Below the pieces are notes generated by a model. It saw nothing but the letters and a program-made list of their open reading frames with translations. It made no database searches and was not told where the DNA came from. Shown here in pieces: positions 52,601 through 64,000 of a stretch of DNA of 64,000 bases. Source of the stretch: Haliotis cracherodii (Eukaryota); contig NW_027266265.1 in the NCBI RefSeq assembly GCF_022045235.1, forward strand, positions 3,224,001-3,288,000. Direction: 5' to 3'. Made by a program: the position numbers and the translations under genes. Position 1 is the first letter of the stretch. Each line of letters opens with the position of its first letter.

Positions 52601-55600
52601 ATGTCAGTCAAGGGATTGGGAGGTACCAAACCTAAAGCACCAAGAACAATGGGGAGTCAGACAACTTAGTACTTGGGATGCAAGCGTGAGATTATTATAA
52701 GTAACGTAACAGTTTTGTCTTAAAGCCGTGTCTGTCATGCCACGTTGTCTGATATCATAATGTCACGTTGTCTGATATCTTTATGTCACGTTGTCGGATA
52801 TCTTTATGTCACGTTGTCGGATATCTTTAAGCCACGTTTTCTTATATCCTTATACCACATTGTCTTGTCATCATGTGATATTCTTGGTATTTCAGGACCC
52901 AAGTATTGGGTCAACAACTTCCCAATAGCCGCGGGCATGCAACAGTCTCCTGTGAACATCAACTCGACCAATGTCGTGTTCGACCAGAAGCTTGAGGCCA
53001 ACCCTCTTTCTGTCAAGTACTTCATCGAACAGAACATGGACTTCGAGAACACAGGGTTCTCCGTCAAGGCCAACATCCGGGAACCGTCGAGTGAGTCACT
53101 TTAAATGAACATCTTGTTTATTTCACGCGAGACAGTGAATGTTGTTTAACGTCGGTAAGATCAGAAGCTTGATAATAGTCGAGTGTGGGCCATGTAAACC
53201 AGTGACAGAAAGCTTGAACAACGACCAACGTTATTGCGATTCAGTGCAATCAACCAAGTCATCGAGTCTGCCCACCCGAGCAGTTTTACTCCACCCTTAG
53301 GAGAAGCATGGGTTGTTGTGGCATTCCTACCGCGAGTGAGCATGAGGGGGTAACACATAAACTCTCCTCATTTCGACCCGTGAAGATAGGATAGGTCTTC
53401 AGCAACCCATACTTACCATAAAAGGACACTATGCTTGTCGTAAGAGTTGACGAACGGGGTCAGATGGTGACGCTCCTTGACTTGGTTGATGCATGTCATC
53501 GTATCTCAATTGCATAAATCGATGCTCATGATATCAATCACTGGATTGTCTGGTCCAGATTCGATAATGAACTGACCAACGTCATATAGCTGGACTATTG
53601 CAGAGTGCGGCGTTAAACAACAAATATCTCACATCTCCTAACTCCACATTACAATCACCATATCATCCACACCTATCCAACTCTGCCCCCTCAAACCATC
53701 CATCCACACTCAACTGTCCCTTCCTCAATTACGCCAAATCTGGGGGCACGATTGGGCCAGTCGCCTAAGGCGCCGCGACTCGCTGTGCAGAGTTGTGTCC
53801 CTTAGGCACCCCAGAAACCTATGATTGTGGATTCGAATCCCGGTTCGCACCGATTATGTTTCTAGGTTTGTCAGCACCATACCCGTGCTCGTGGGTTTCA
53901 CCGAAGTGGTAAACGTCTGAGACCTTCAACACTTCGGGCTTTCCTCCCACATTAAGCTGACACGCCGCGGTATAACTGTAATAGTGTTAAACTCACTCAC
54001 TACTCGAAATCTGCCCATGTCTGGCATGCTGATGTTGAACATTGCGTAACTGTGTTGCAGCTATTTCAGGGGGCCCCCTGGACAGCACGTATCAACTTGA
54101 GCAGTTCCATCTCCACTGGGGGTCATGTGACGAGAGGGGGTCGGAGCACACAATGGAGGGCAAGACATTCCCAGCCGAGGTACTCTCTCCAAGACCACAT
54201 GTAAAATATATCCGTCAGTGTATAAATGGTTATTTCACTAAATCACCACGACAAACGTCTTGTCTCCCCATGTACGTATACATATGTGAACTAAATTACA
54301 TACATTCTAAAGTATTGAGTCATATTTTTTCTCCACTTAGACTGGCCAGAAGAAAACAAGTACAATCTTAAGTAAACAATATCCAATATTTTCGATATTC
54401 GATTCGATGTTATGTTCGTTTTTTGCAACTTGATATTTGCTTTCAGCTTCATCTCGTCCATTGGAACCGTGATAAATATTCAAGCTTCGGAGAAGCTGCA
54501 GACAAGCATGATGGTTTGGCAGTGTTTGGCATCTTCTTGGAGGTAGGCCCCTCAACTAAACTCTCCGTTCAATGAAACGTGTACATTTTTTCCCTCTTGG
54601 CCGGCGGAGCGAAAGAAGCGCATGTAAAATATATGTACTACAAGGAAAGGTTCGATGCAAAACATAAAAAGGGATTTTTTTATTTTGTGAATGCTTCTCA
54701 CACTTTGACGATTAACTGATTTTCGGCTGATGTCCATAATTAAAATAAGGAAACTATATTCCTTTCTACAATCAAGTACTTTACATAAATTAGGGTAGAT
54801 GGATCATAACAAGACGTACAATATGAGTATTCTAATCTGAACTTGGGGTTCCTGTGTTTCAACCCTTCGCTCCAAACCTGTCTCATCCAACATTTAAGTG
54901 AACGCATTGAGAGAGAATTAAGTGACACACATTTGAGTGTGATTTACACGCATTTATCTTCAGGTTGGCGCTGAGCATCCGGGTTTCAAACCTTTAACCG
55001 ACGGTTTAGATGCTGTCAAGTTCCGTTCCAAACATGAGCAGGTCAAAGGCCAGTTCAACCCCAAATGTTTCCTCCCAGGTGAGTTAAGTTCTCATTCATT
55101 AATCCATGTTTCCATCTGTCTTTACACTTCTCGTTATCCGTCAATTCATTTTCCTTATTCCAGAAACGTAGGGCTCCGTTCACATCCAGTATTGTATTCA
55201 TTCATTGGGAATTTTATATCATTGCACGGAGAACAATAATTTCAACTATATACACTGGATGACTCAGTGTGAATAAAATTATTCAAATGGCGTATATGCC
55301 GAAAATGCACTTTTTCAACTGGTCATTGTTATTTCGTATAAATGTAACAAAAACAGGGTCTAAGTTGACTTACGATTCTTAACCCAAGCCCTGTATGTGT
55401 ATGTAGAGACCATGTACAATAATATTTCTTCTCTTCAGACACAATGTCCGAGTACTGGACTTATCCCGGGTCTCTGACCACGCCCCCCTGCTACGAGAGT
55501 GTCACGTGGATAGTATTTAAAGAACACATGGTGGTGTCGGAGAGTCAGGTAAGCACACATTATCTACATTAATAAAAAAATGTAGTTAATTGAAAATTGA

Positions 55601-56349
55601 TTAAAATCTGATTTAGTCAAATGTTTGAGGGGTGTAATAGATACAACAAACAAATTGAGGAACAAAAGAAACCATACCTACAAGTTGATTTTATCATATG
55701 TTTAACTTCAATATCTAAGGTTAACGATATTATATTGCCAAAAATAAACTGCTGGCGCTAGGTCAGCACTCATACGTGGTTATATATATCTTTTAAAATA
55801 TGATTTTGTTTAAAACTTTTAATAATGAAATTGTTTTTCACATAATAATACACATCTGCGGATCGGTATCCGAAACATCATATCTTTCAAAAAAGTAAAT
55901 TTGCATTTTTTTATCACATTTCCAACATGGTAGAGGATCTTGTAGTTGCAAATTCATTTCTTATCTCTCTTTTCACTGAATGAATTTCATTTTAAACATT
56001 ATTATTCAGCTACGGAACTGTTGGTTGAATAGACATACATTCAAAACTACTTTCGGTATACTTTCTTTTGCCCCTCAGTATATGTGTATGCGAGTAGATT
56101 CACTCCCAATGGGAATACCATATGTATGTATCTTACATAAGAACAACAATGATCTGTCAAAAAGTTCAGATTAAATCCATTGTCTCTTATCATTCCATGT
56201 ATAAGTTAAAAAACGTATTCCGCTTTCAGTTAAAGGCCCTTCGAAGTCTGTGTTGGGGGGACTGCGACGGCGACGGCGACTGCATCGTCGACAACTACAG
56301 GCCACCGTGTGAGCTAGGCAGCAGAAAGATCCGAGCAGCATTTCATTAG
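49700..56349 (+). CDS. Alpha-carbonic anhydrase paralogue 4 (7 exons, 260 aa)
   Basis: Exons 49700-49727 ([10 protein letters not shown]), 52896-53090, 54061-54179, 54447-54542, 54964-55078, 55439-55548, 56230-56349 (2-aa DG insertion). Intact frame and Zn ligands. Confidence 0.95.
49890..51230 (-). mobile_element. RTE-X-like LINE remnant in intron 1 of CA copy 4, with nested insertions
   Basis: Paralogous to 35165-36300. Confidence 0.65.
50449..50712 (+). mobile_element. tRNA-derived SINE fragment with a fold-back inverted 5' end
   Basis: GCCTCGGTGGCTGAGTGGGTTAG (A box)...GGTACGAATTCC (B-box-like), preceded by its own reverse complement; flanked by duplicated TTTACACTTTACT. Confidence 0.65.
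52335..52700 (-). mobile_element. 3' fragment of an R4/NeSL-like (REL endonuclease) non-LTR retrotransposon
   Basis: Minus strand [11 protein letters not shown]...[18 protein letters not shown]. Confidence 0.7.
52735..52865. repeat. 23-bp tandem repeat upstream of the exon 2 acceptor (copy 4)
   Basis: ATGTCACGTTGTC(T/G)GATATCTTT, about 6 units. Confidence 0.9.
53375..53624 (+). mobile_element. Family C retroposon in intron 2 of CA copy 4
   Basis: Matches family C. Confidence 0.85.
53743..54003 (+). mobile_element. SINE family A in intron 2 of CA copy 4
   Basis: Matches family A; ends about 57 nt before the exon 3 acceptor. Confidence 0.88.
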
Positions 56350-56884
56350 TGACTGTGAAAGAACTGTCGTCTTAAGATATCACACTGACACAGGGGCTGA
56401 AGGTCATGTTGAGCGTCCCACTGCTGAACATTGTTTGTGACTATCACAAAACAGGGAACGACTGACATTGTCAGATCACATCAGAAGTACAACAGGGCAC
56501 TCGATATGATTCATGATCAATAGAATTCAGCTGGGATGATTCAGTGAACTGACACTATTCAATCTGTCCCGAATGGACGAAAGGTTGACTTGAGCTTGTG
56601 GAGTTGAACGAATGTTGCTTCATGAATTTAGTTCACGAGTTATGGTGAAAACCATGAAAGAGTCACACTTGGTGTGATATTGTACCCTGATGGCAAGAAT
56701 TGATGAAACGTTCACTCGCGATCTGCCGACGCTGTGGACAACGAAGAGCACATCATATTGGACGCTGAACATGAGTGGTTCTGGCGTAAATGGATCTTGA
56801 TATTTCAACATTAAGACAGCGTCTTTCATCCGATCATTGTACGGAGGTCAATGGTCACGAATTTCATAAGAATTTGACTTTTGC

Positions 56885-56890
56885 AATAAA
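56885..56890 (+). terminator. Poly(A) signal, CA copy 4
   Basis: Homologous AATAAA block. Confidence 0.65.
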
Positions 56891-57214
56891 TCAGTGCAAC
56901 GTTTTTGTTTGGTCATTCATCCATCCACTAGTATCCAAAATGGTGGTTTTATGTGCGAAACATTCTATATGTCAGCTTAAGTCGGTAGGATAGTCCAGTG
57001 TGTCATATATGGATAGGTTTTATACATGATCCAGTACTGACAAATCACTATCGAATAGTGATGATACCAGGTGTTCGACAAAAGGTGAGCAGATCCTGCC
57101 TCACAGGTGGCACCGTCACAAACACATACAAACACGGAAACAACTTTTAAAGCTTTGCTGAGGCCTTTGTATTGTAACTCTTGTTAACTAACTTTATAGT
57201 AACAAGTGTGGATA

Positions 57215-57543
57215 AGATATATGGATCAACAACTTCTTTATTACAATTAGGAGCGACGTTTCGGTGTAGGTTCTAACACCGTTATCAAGCAAGTGACGGT
57301 TGATGGTTGCGATTGCCAGGTCTCCATGAAGACGACGAATAACTTCTTTGAGAGGCAGTTAGAAGAGGAGTACTGAGAAAGATATCGATATATGGATGAA
57401 AAACTTCTTCATTACAATTAGGAGCGACGTTTCAGTGTAGGTTCTAACACACTATATAAGAAACAGATTTCAGTTGGAACTATATTGGCTACTGTCACTG
57501 TCCGACTGCTTGATAACGGTGTTAGAACCTACACCGAAACGTA
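57215..57543. mobile_element. Penelope-like terminal repeat remnant with minimal hammerhead-like motifs
   Basis: Direct repeats 57215-57290 and 57388-57450 plus an inverted copy 57508-57543 of TTGATAA-C-GGTGT-TAGAACCT-ACACC-GAAAC-GT(C/A). Confidence 0.6.
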
Positions 57544-58129
57544 ACATATTAATTCTAAACATTGCTTCTGCACAAAGTATTCCAGCATGCTAATTTCAAG
57601 CCTTAATTTCTGATGAACAATTTCTGTCATTGGTTCATCTGAAAAAAACAACGCGGAAACATTATAAGAGCCAAGATAGGGAAGTGTATCTGGCATAATG
57701 TTTGTCACAGATGCGTGAAATTTGGAAATGTCCTCCACATGTCAAAAGCTTTACTGAGTTCTTGAATGTTGTCACCGGCCCACTGGTCGTAGCGCCTTCC
57801 TACTCATACATGTTCGTCTGTCGGCGCTGCTAGGCATAGCTCCACGTCGTTATGCTCATTGGGTTATTGTCAGAGATTTTTGTTGTCTGTAAATTACATT
57901 CTCTTGCAGTTTAATCTCATACTTTTATGATCACTGTGAAGAACACCAGCGAACTAGTAACTGTGTACACGGACTATAGTCCTCTTACTTTCATACACCG
58001 AATGAAATCTACCAATTAGCCGGATTGTTCGGCGTCTTGCCGATTGTCTTGTAAAAATGTTGTTTTAGCTACCAAGCTGGCTGTCGTTCATTTCCCGATG
58101 AACGTCACTATGTCACGTGATTACCTTGT

Positions 58130-58832
58130 CAATCGAGCGGAGACACACAGAACTACTTTAGGGGAATTCCTCAATGTCTAAAAATAACCCCCAAAAAGCG
58201 TTAGGGAAAACTAAGTGCGACATCGATTCAAGCTATAAATGATGGCTTTGAAGCCAGACAGATCATGTGTATGTCAGGTCACCGAAATGAAGCGCCCATT
58301 CGAAGCAGAGAATGCTCGACTAACCAAAAGAAATCACTGAGCTCCACACTGTCGTGTATTGCTTCAGGAAACCCAACCGCGCCGTCTTAAGCGGTAGTCC
58401 CCGTCATCAGCAGCCGTATATGACTCAGACACACACCCAAAGTTCACAGAACGTTAAAATGAATCCATTTTCACCATCAGACGGGTATGGATTTCTTTCC
58501 AACTCTAACTTTACTGGGTGCAACTTTTGTTTCAAGTGAACGACATTGCCGTAGCCGCCATTTTCTGCCGTTTGTAAAACCAAGCGATGTCACTCCAAAT
58601 GGAATGTTTGGGACGGATGACGTCACGACTCTCCGCGTTGATATAGTTCGCTTTAAATAATTCAAGTTTGATGTTCAATGGATTGTTTTGTTATGGTTTA
58701 TGCATCTGTCAATATAAGGATTGAAGTTGCATTTGTTGACGTTCATGTTCGCGCATCTTGGAATTTGCTCACGTGAGGCACTGTCTTCATCAGCTGATGA
58801 ACGACAACAAATACAACTTCAATCCTTAATCA
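58130..58832 (+). mobile_element. Crypton-like remnant (YR C-terminus and 3' terminal hairpin)
   Basis: DGFEARQIMCMSGHRNEAPIRS; inverted repeat TAAGGATTGAAGTTG.ATTTGTTG (58715-58738) / CAACAAAT.CAACTTCAATCCTTA (58805-58828). Confidence 0.7.
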
Positions 58833-58934
58833 ATCAGTGATCACTGTCAGTGTAAATTGGTTTATGACACCCTGGCCTCAAGAGCACAGCTCCACGACAA
58901 GTATTATAACCATGATCAAACATCTTCTGAACCA

Positions 58935-59210
58935 GGGGGCACGGGTGGCCCAGTCGTCTAAGGCGCCGCGATTCGCTATGCAGAGTTGCGTCCCTTTGGC
59001 ACGCCAGAAACCTATGATTGTAGGTTTGAATCCCGGTTCGCCCCGATTATGTTTCTTGGTTTGTCAGCACCATACCCGTGCTCGTGGGTTTCACCGAAGT
59101 GGTAAACGTCTGAGACCTGCATCACTTCGGGGTTTCCTCCCACATTAAGCTGACACGCCGTGATGTAACTGGAATACTGTTAAAAGCGGCGTTAAACCAA
59201 ACTCACTCAC
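58935..59210 (+). mobile_element. SINE family A
   Basis: TSD TCTTCTGAACCA. Confidence 0.92.
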
Positions 59211-60414
59211 TCTTCTGAACCAAAGTCGTATGACGCTCTTTGAAATCATTTCAGAAAGAGCATATGCTGGATTGTACCTTACAACTTGTGAAATGTTAAC
59301 ACAAAGGCCGCGGGGATATTACTCGACACGAAGGTAAAGTCAATCATTGGTAAGGTGAAGTCATCGTTATCACGCCAAAACGTTCAGGCTTTAGGACACG
59401 CCATGCGCACTGGACAATGGAACCGCCGAGTGACCTACATGGTTACATATTCATATGGATAAAACATGCTGTATTCCTTACACGTGTTGAAGCGCTTAAT
59501 ATTCCGATTAATGTATTTGACATTTCATTTATATGCTATTTTAACTTGATATACATGTATGTTGTTTGGGTTATATGCCTATGGAGGAAATTATTACATA
59601 TTGGAACAACTCCCTAGTAACAGTGAGGTTATCACGCAAACATTGTATTTAGCGATCCTTGGCGAGCTAAATACATAGTGTTTATTCCTAATACAGGATA
59701 TTTACCATCCCCAAACACACAAGCGTGATAACCTCTTTATCACATAATGTCATTCTTTAATTCTGTGCTTCAAAATCGCTTTCCCTTTTTCACAAACATT
59801 ACTGAAACATTGCGAGTTTTCCTGGAATGCGCGCATTAATATTTATTACATCACAGGGTAAGTGATGTGTCAGTCGTACAGTGACAGTAGCCAATATAGT
59901 TCCAACTGAAATCTGTTTCTTATACAGTGGCGAAGCAACATATACGCAAAACAACAATTGTTATTAATTGCCTTTCGCGGCAATCCATCGGTCTGTCCGC
60001 TAGAGTAACTGCCCTTTGTCAAAGGGAAGCTACTCTAACCCTAGTGTATGAGACGTAACGGCAACGGTCAGACGTTGTTGACATTCGGTCTGTCCTGTCA
60101 TAACTTTAAGAAGTGTTGTCAGATGTACACACAGCGACAAAAAGAAACAAGGTAACAATTCAAACATATTTCGGCCAAATCCAACTATTTTAATTTGTGG
60201 AGAAGGTTTCAAGCCGCAGAGGTATACAAGCATATGTACTGATCCCGCTTTGCTAGGCCTCGTGCCCTCGCAAAATTGTTTCGAAATTTATGTCTCCAAA
60301 GTTGCTAAAACTTATAAAATGCTTTAGCTACGTCACAGTTAGACACTGATTTTCAGTATATTAGACTGTTCTTTTGATAATGATAACAATTATCCCGGTA
60401 GTTTATCAGGGTTA

Positions 60415-60515
60415 TAGCGAAAACGGCACCTCAGCAAAACGGCACCGATTGGCGAAAATGGCTACTATTGCCTGGCGAAAACGGCACCTCGACTCGAGCG
60501 AAAACGGCACCTTAT
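60415..60515. repeat. Clustered GCGAAAACGGCACC repeats (probable DNA-transposon subterminal repeats)
   Basis: Four or five copies within 100 bp. Confidence 0.6.
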
Positions 60516-61851
60516 TTTTTGTTTTACCTTGGTCAAATAAATGATATTAAACTTACATTGTAACTTGCAAACGCCAATAATTGTGGGATGTTAAAACAAG
60601 TTTACATTAGAAATTAGCCTCTACTCCAAGTATAATCCAACTTTGTTTATACGCAACTCAACTTATTGTGAAAACATAACATGCTTCGAAGAAATATAAT
60701 AGAAATTAAACTCACATCGTCTTTTACAAACACAAATAATTGTGAAATAAAACAAATAAGAAATTAGCCCCCTACTCCAATTTACTCACCGACTCTGATT
60801 GGGAGGCGCAGTTAACTTATTGTGAAAACACTTTACGCTTTGAAGTTTTAAGTACCTATACTCAAGATGCTGAAGAAATCAGAGTACCAAACCTATCGGA
60901 AATTCACATTACGGCTTCCAGATGCCCGATGGTTAATTCTGACTCGATCGCCGAATGACGAGGGCGACGCCATGTTTGTGTATAAACAGTGAAAGTAGTC
61001 CCTACTTGACCTTTGATATTTGTATCTGTACCCGCATATGACCCCAACAGATATCGTTTTTATCCGTTGGCTGTATCCTGCTGAGAAACCTACCCAATTT
61101 ATGATAAAATCTGTTACTCGTCTCTGCACAAGGCTGCTAGTCCTGACAGCGCTATTTACAAACTGCCTGATGGTTACTGGTGGAAACAAGCTCTTTGCCA
61201 ACGGAACCACCCTGAAGTATGGCTGATGTTACGTATCGATTCCCAGATTGAAGGAATATGTTGACCCAGAGATTTGTACATAAGAGAACCTACAAACACC
61301 CAACAGGTGGTATTCAATCAATACATATGTTACAAAATGCGCTGCGTTTACAAATCAATACAAATTACTGCACAGCAATTACAGTGGGAGAGACCAATAG
61401 AGTGGTAGTACAATATTCAATGGAAATTAATATGATGGCAGTGGTCAAATACAAAAATACAGTGGTGATAGAAAAAGTCAGTGATTATAATATATATTCC
61501 CAAAGTGGCGACAGTGGTAAAACTTCCTAGATGGGCTAGGCAGGGAATCAGGAATTTCGAGCGATCCTCACATGAAAGCTGGTTCCGAAACGATGAAATG
61601 CGTGAGAGACGAAATGTGATAGAGATGCGTAAACACGCTCTTGTCTCCTTATATACAACCTACCTAGCTACAGGTAGATTCCATATGGTTCGTACTATCA
61701 CTGTCCGCGGTAAAGCGGACCGGAAGTTTACACACCACAATACCATCTAAACATAGTAATTTCCTGACGACTGATCACTGCCCAAACACAATGCAAAGAG
61801 CGTCTACCGAATTTCAACGGAAACAATATAACACAATTACAATCACTGTTC

Positions 61852-62067
61852 ACCCGTGAAGATCCGGGATAGAATTGGTCTTCAGCACCCCTGCTTGCTG
61901 AAAAGGCGACTATGCTTGTCGTTAGAGGCGACTAACAGAATCGACTGGTCAGGCTCCTTGTTTTGGTTGATGCGTGTCATCGTATCCCAATTGCGTGGAT
62001 CGATGTTCATGATGTCAAAAACTGGACTGTCTGGCACAGACTTTATACAGACCGCCGTCATATAGCT
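61852..62067 (+). mobile_element. Family C retroposon (3' shortened)
   Basis: Matches family C. Confidence 0.82.
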
Positions 62068-62216
62068 CGAGAAAATACACTGTCATATAACACTGAATAC
62101 CGAAAAATGTGGTTTGATGAAAACTTCGCAGGCTTTAAACGCTCGCACATAAAACAAGTCTGACTGTTATAGCCTCGACAAAGTGATCGTGTCTTTCCCC
62201 ACAGTCTTTCTGAAAC

Positions 62217-62611
62217 AGGTGATGTGAAATGGGGTTAAACGTCNNNNNNNNNNNNNNNNNNNNNNNNNNNNNNNNNNNNNNNNNNNNNNNNNNNNNNNNN
62301 NNNNNNNNNNNNNNNNNNNNNNNNNNNNNNNNNNNNNNNNNNNNNNNNNNNNNNNNNNNNNNNNNNNNNNNNNNNNNNNNNNNACTAGTCCGGACTAATG
62401 CCGATTTTATTGTACTATCCATTGAGATACCATGCTTAACTTAATACCCCACAGTATACTGACCCCGAGCCGACCAATCCTTGTTTTGTGCCCCTTAATG
62501 CCGAGCGCCGGGCAGGGTAGCAACAAGTACAATCGTTTACCGTCTTTTGGTTTGGTGCGGCCGAGGATCGAACCCCGGACCCCCGCTCACCACCAGACCA
62601 CGGAGGCGGTC
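62217..62611 (-). mobile_element. Meta-type SINE (family D) spanning an assembly gap
   Basis: Both ends match family D; the gap coincides with its internal CA/GT tract. Confidence 0.82.
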
Positions 62612-62739
62612 CCTTCTGAAAAAAAAGACTGCATCATGGTACCTTGGTAAGATAGATTATCGGCAGCCACAGCCATACTCTTAAAAAAATGAAACGCAAA
62701 GCCAGATTTTTGTGAGGTAAGAAAAAACATTTATACGAG

Positions 62740-64000
62740 GAACCATCGAGGTGTAGAGCCAAAAGGTTGTGGAAAGAACACTTGGTGATTGTAGTCATCT
62801 CAGTTATCGGCAGACTAACATCCTAGTACCAGAACGCATTGAGGAAACACCTCCTGTGAAGAACAGTGGAATCGATTGTGTGCGCAGGGACTTGTTTACA
62901 CAAGCCGGAATACAACAACCACTTGTTCATGGATGCCTCACTTCAAGGTCGGGGAAGTCACTTCAACTTGGAAGTAACATCAGGCCTATGTTCAGAAGCA
63001 GACAGCTCTACCACATCAATTATCTGTAATCGAGGCAATATTTCATTGGACCCCACAGTCAAGAAACCAACGTCTGATGATCGGGACACTCATTTCAACT
63101 GTGGCATACACTAAACACCTTCAAGGCATGATGAATTCAGAGACCCTCCTGCAATTGACCTTTCCCCTTCCGTAGACGAGCTCAACTTACCGATCAAGGC
63201 AAGACATATACCGGGAGCGGCAAATGGATTAGCAGACACCTTATCCAGACAATAAAAGAAAAGATTGTCTACTAATAACCCTATTTGCATCGGATAACAT
63301 TGTGTCACCAGAACCGGACCCAGTAGCCAAGTCAGTCGATGCTCTGACAATATCATGGGAGGACCTAAACGTGTATGCCTTGATACCACGGATAGTACAA
63401 AGATCCTACACACGAGCTACCTTCAACTGCTGTTGGTAGCGCCGGAAAACAACAACCACCTGTTCATGGATGCCTCACTTCAAGGTCGGGGAAGTCACTT
63501 CAACTTGGGTTGCAGAGCTCGTCGAACTGGCAGGGATTCCACTTCTAAGACTTCCAAACTAGTCAAATATTCTGCTACATCCTCCCTCCAATTAGGTCCA
63601 TCCAAGACCAGAATTATACGAACTTCACGTATGGAGTATATCAAGATCAGTCTCAAAAGAGGATTTTCCATTAGAGCAGCTAAGGCAGCCTCCTTAGCAC
63701 TTCGTCAATCAACGAGAATCTCTGTGACGATAAATGGAAAAGTTTTCACTAGTTTGCAAGATCCAAGGTTTTCTGCAGCCAAGCTACTATACCACAAGTA
63801 GCAGATTACCTATGTCACTTAAGAAGTACAAGGCATCTTATGGTTCGACACTGGGCACTTACTTGGCAGCGATCAGTTCTGTACCAACTACTCACTAATG
63901 GGATAAAACTTACTATAGTTCACGAACCGATAGATCTACACAGATCTTTCAGACTGCAAGTAATTCAGGCGTTACCATGACTTCAGGCTCATAGGTTTCC
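62740..64000 (+). mobile_element. DIRS-like tyrosine-recombinase retrotransposon remnant
   Basis: RNase H motifs LFMDASLQGRG and KARHIPGAANGLADTLSR; YR N-terminus KRGFSIRAAKAASLALRQST. About 68-bp internal duplication (62904-62971 / 63440-63508). Confidence 0.75.

Overview
Eukaryotic (animal) genomic DNA, AT-rich and repeat-dense, with three assembly gaps (15529-15677, 21627-21762, 62244-62383). The repeat landscape (Meta-type SINEs, tRNA-SINEs with (TCAC)n tails, Crypton, HINE) points to a mollusc, possibly a gastropod; this is an inference. The only host genes I can support are a tandem array of four same-strand, 7-exon, cytosolic-type alpha-carbonic anhydrase paralogues (ATG at 5835, 23301, 34951, 49700; 258-260 aa, about 95% identical). 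All have intact ORFs, GT-AG introns and the three Zn-binding His. All four replace the His64 proton shuttle with Phe and carry a Cys/Asp-rich C-terminal loop (CWGDCDGDC and variants) that differs in every copy. The paralogues show mosaic, gene-conversion-like similarity. Copy 4 has a Mutator-like element inserted in its TATA box, and copy 3 lacks the ancestral poly(A) region. The rest is decayed transposable elements: four SINE-like families, RTE-X-, CR1/L2-, Nimb/I- and R4-like LINE fragments, Crypton, DIRS, Tc1, a Kolobok-like MITE, a HINE, and a Penelope-like repeat carrying a variant minimal hammerhead ribozyme motif. TE family names come from recognised motifs, not database searches.
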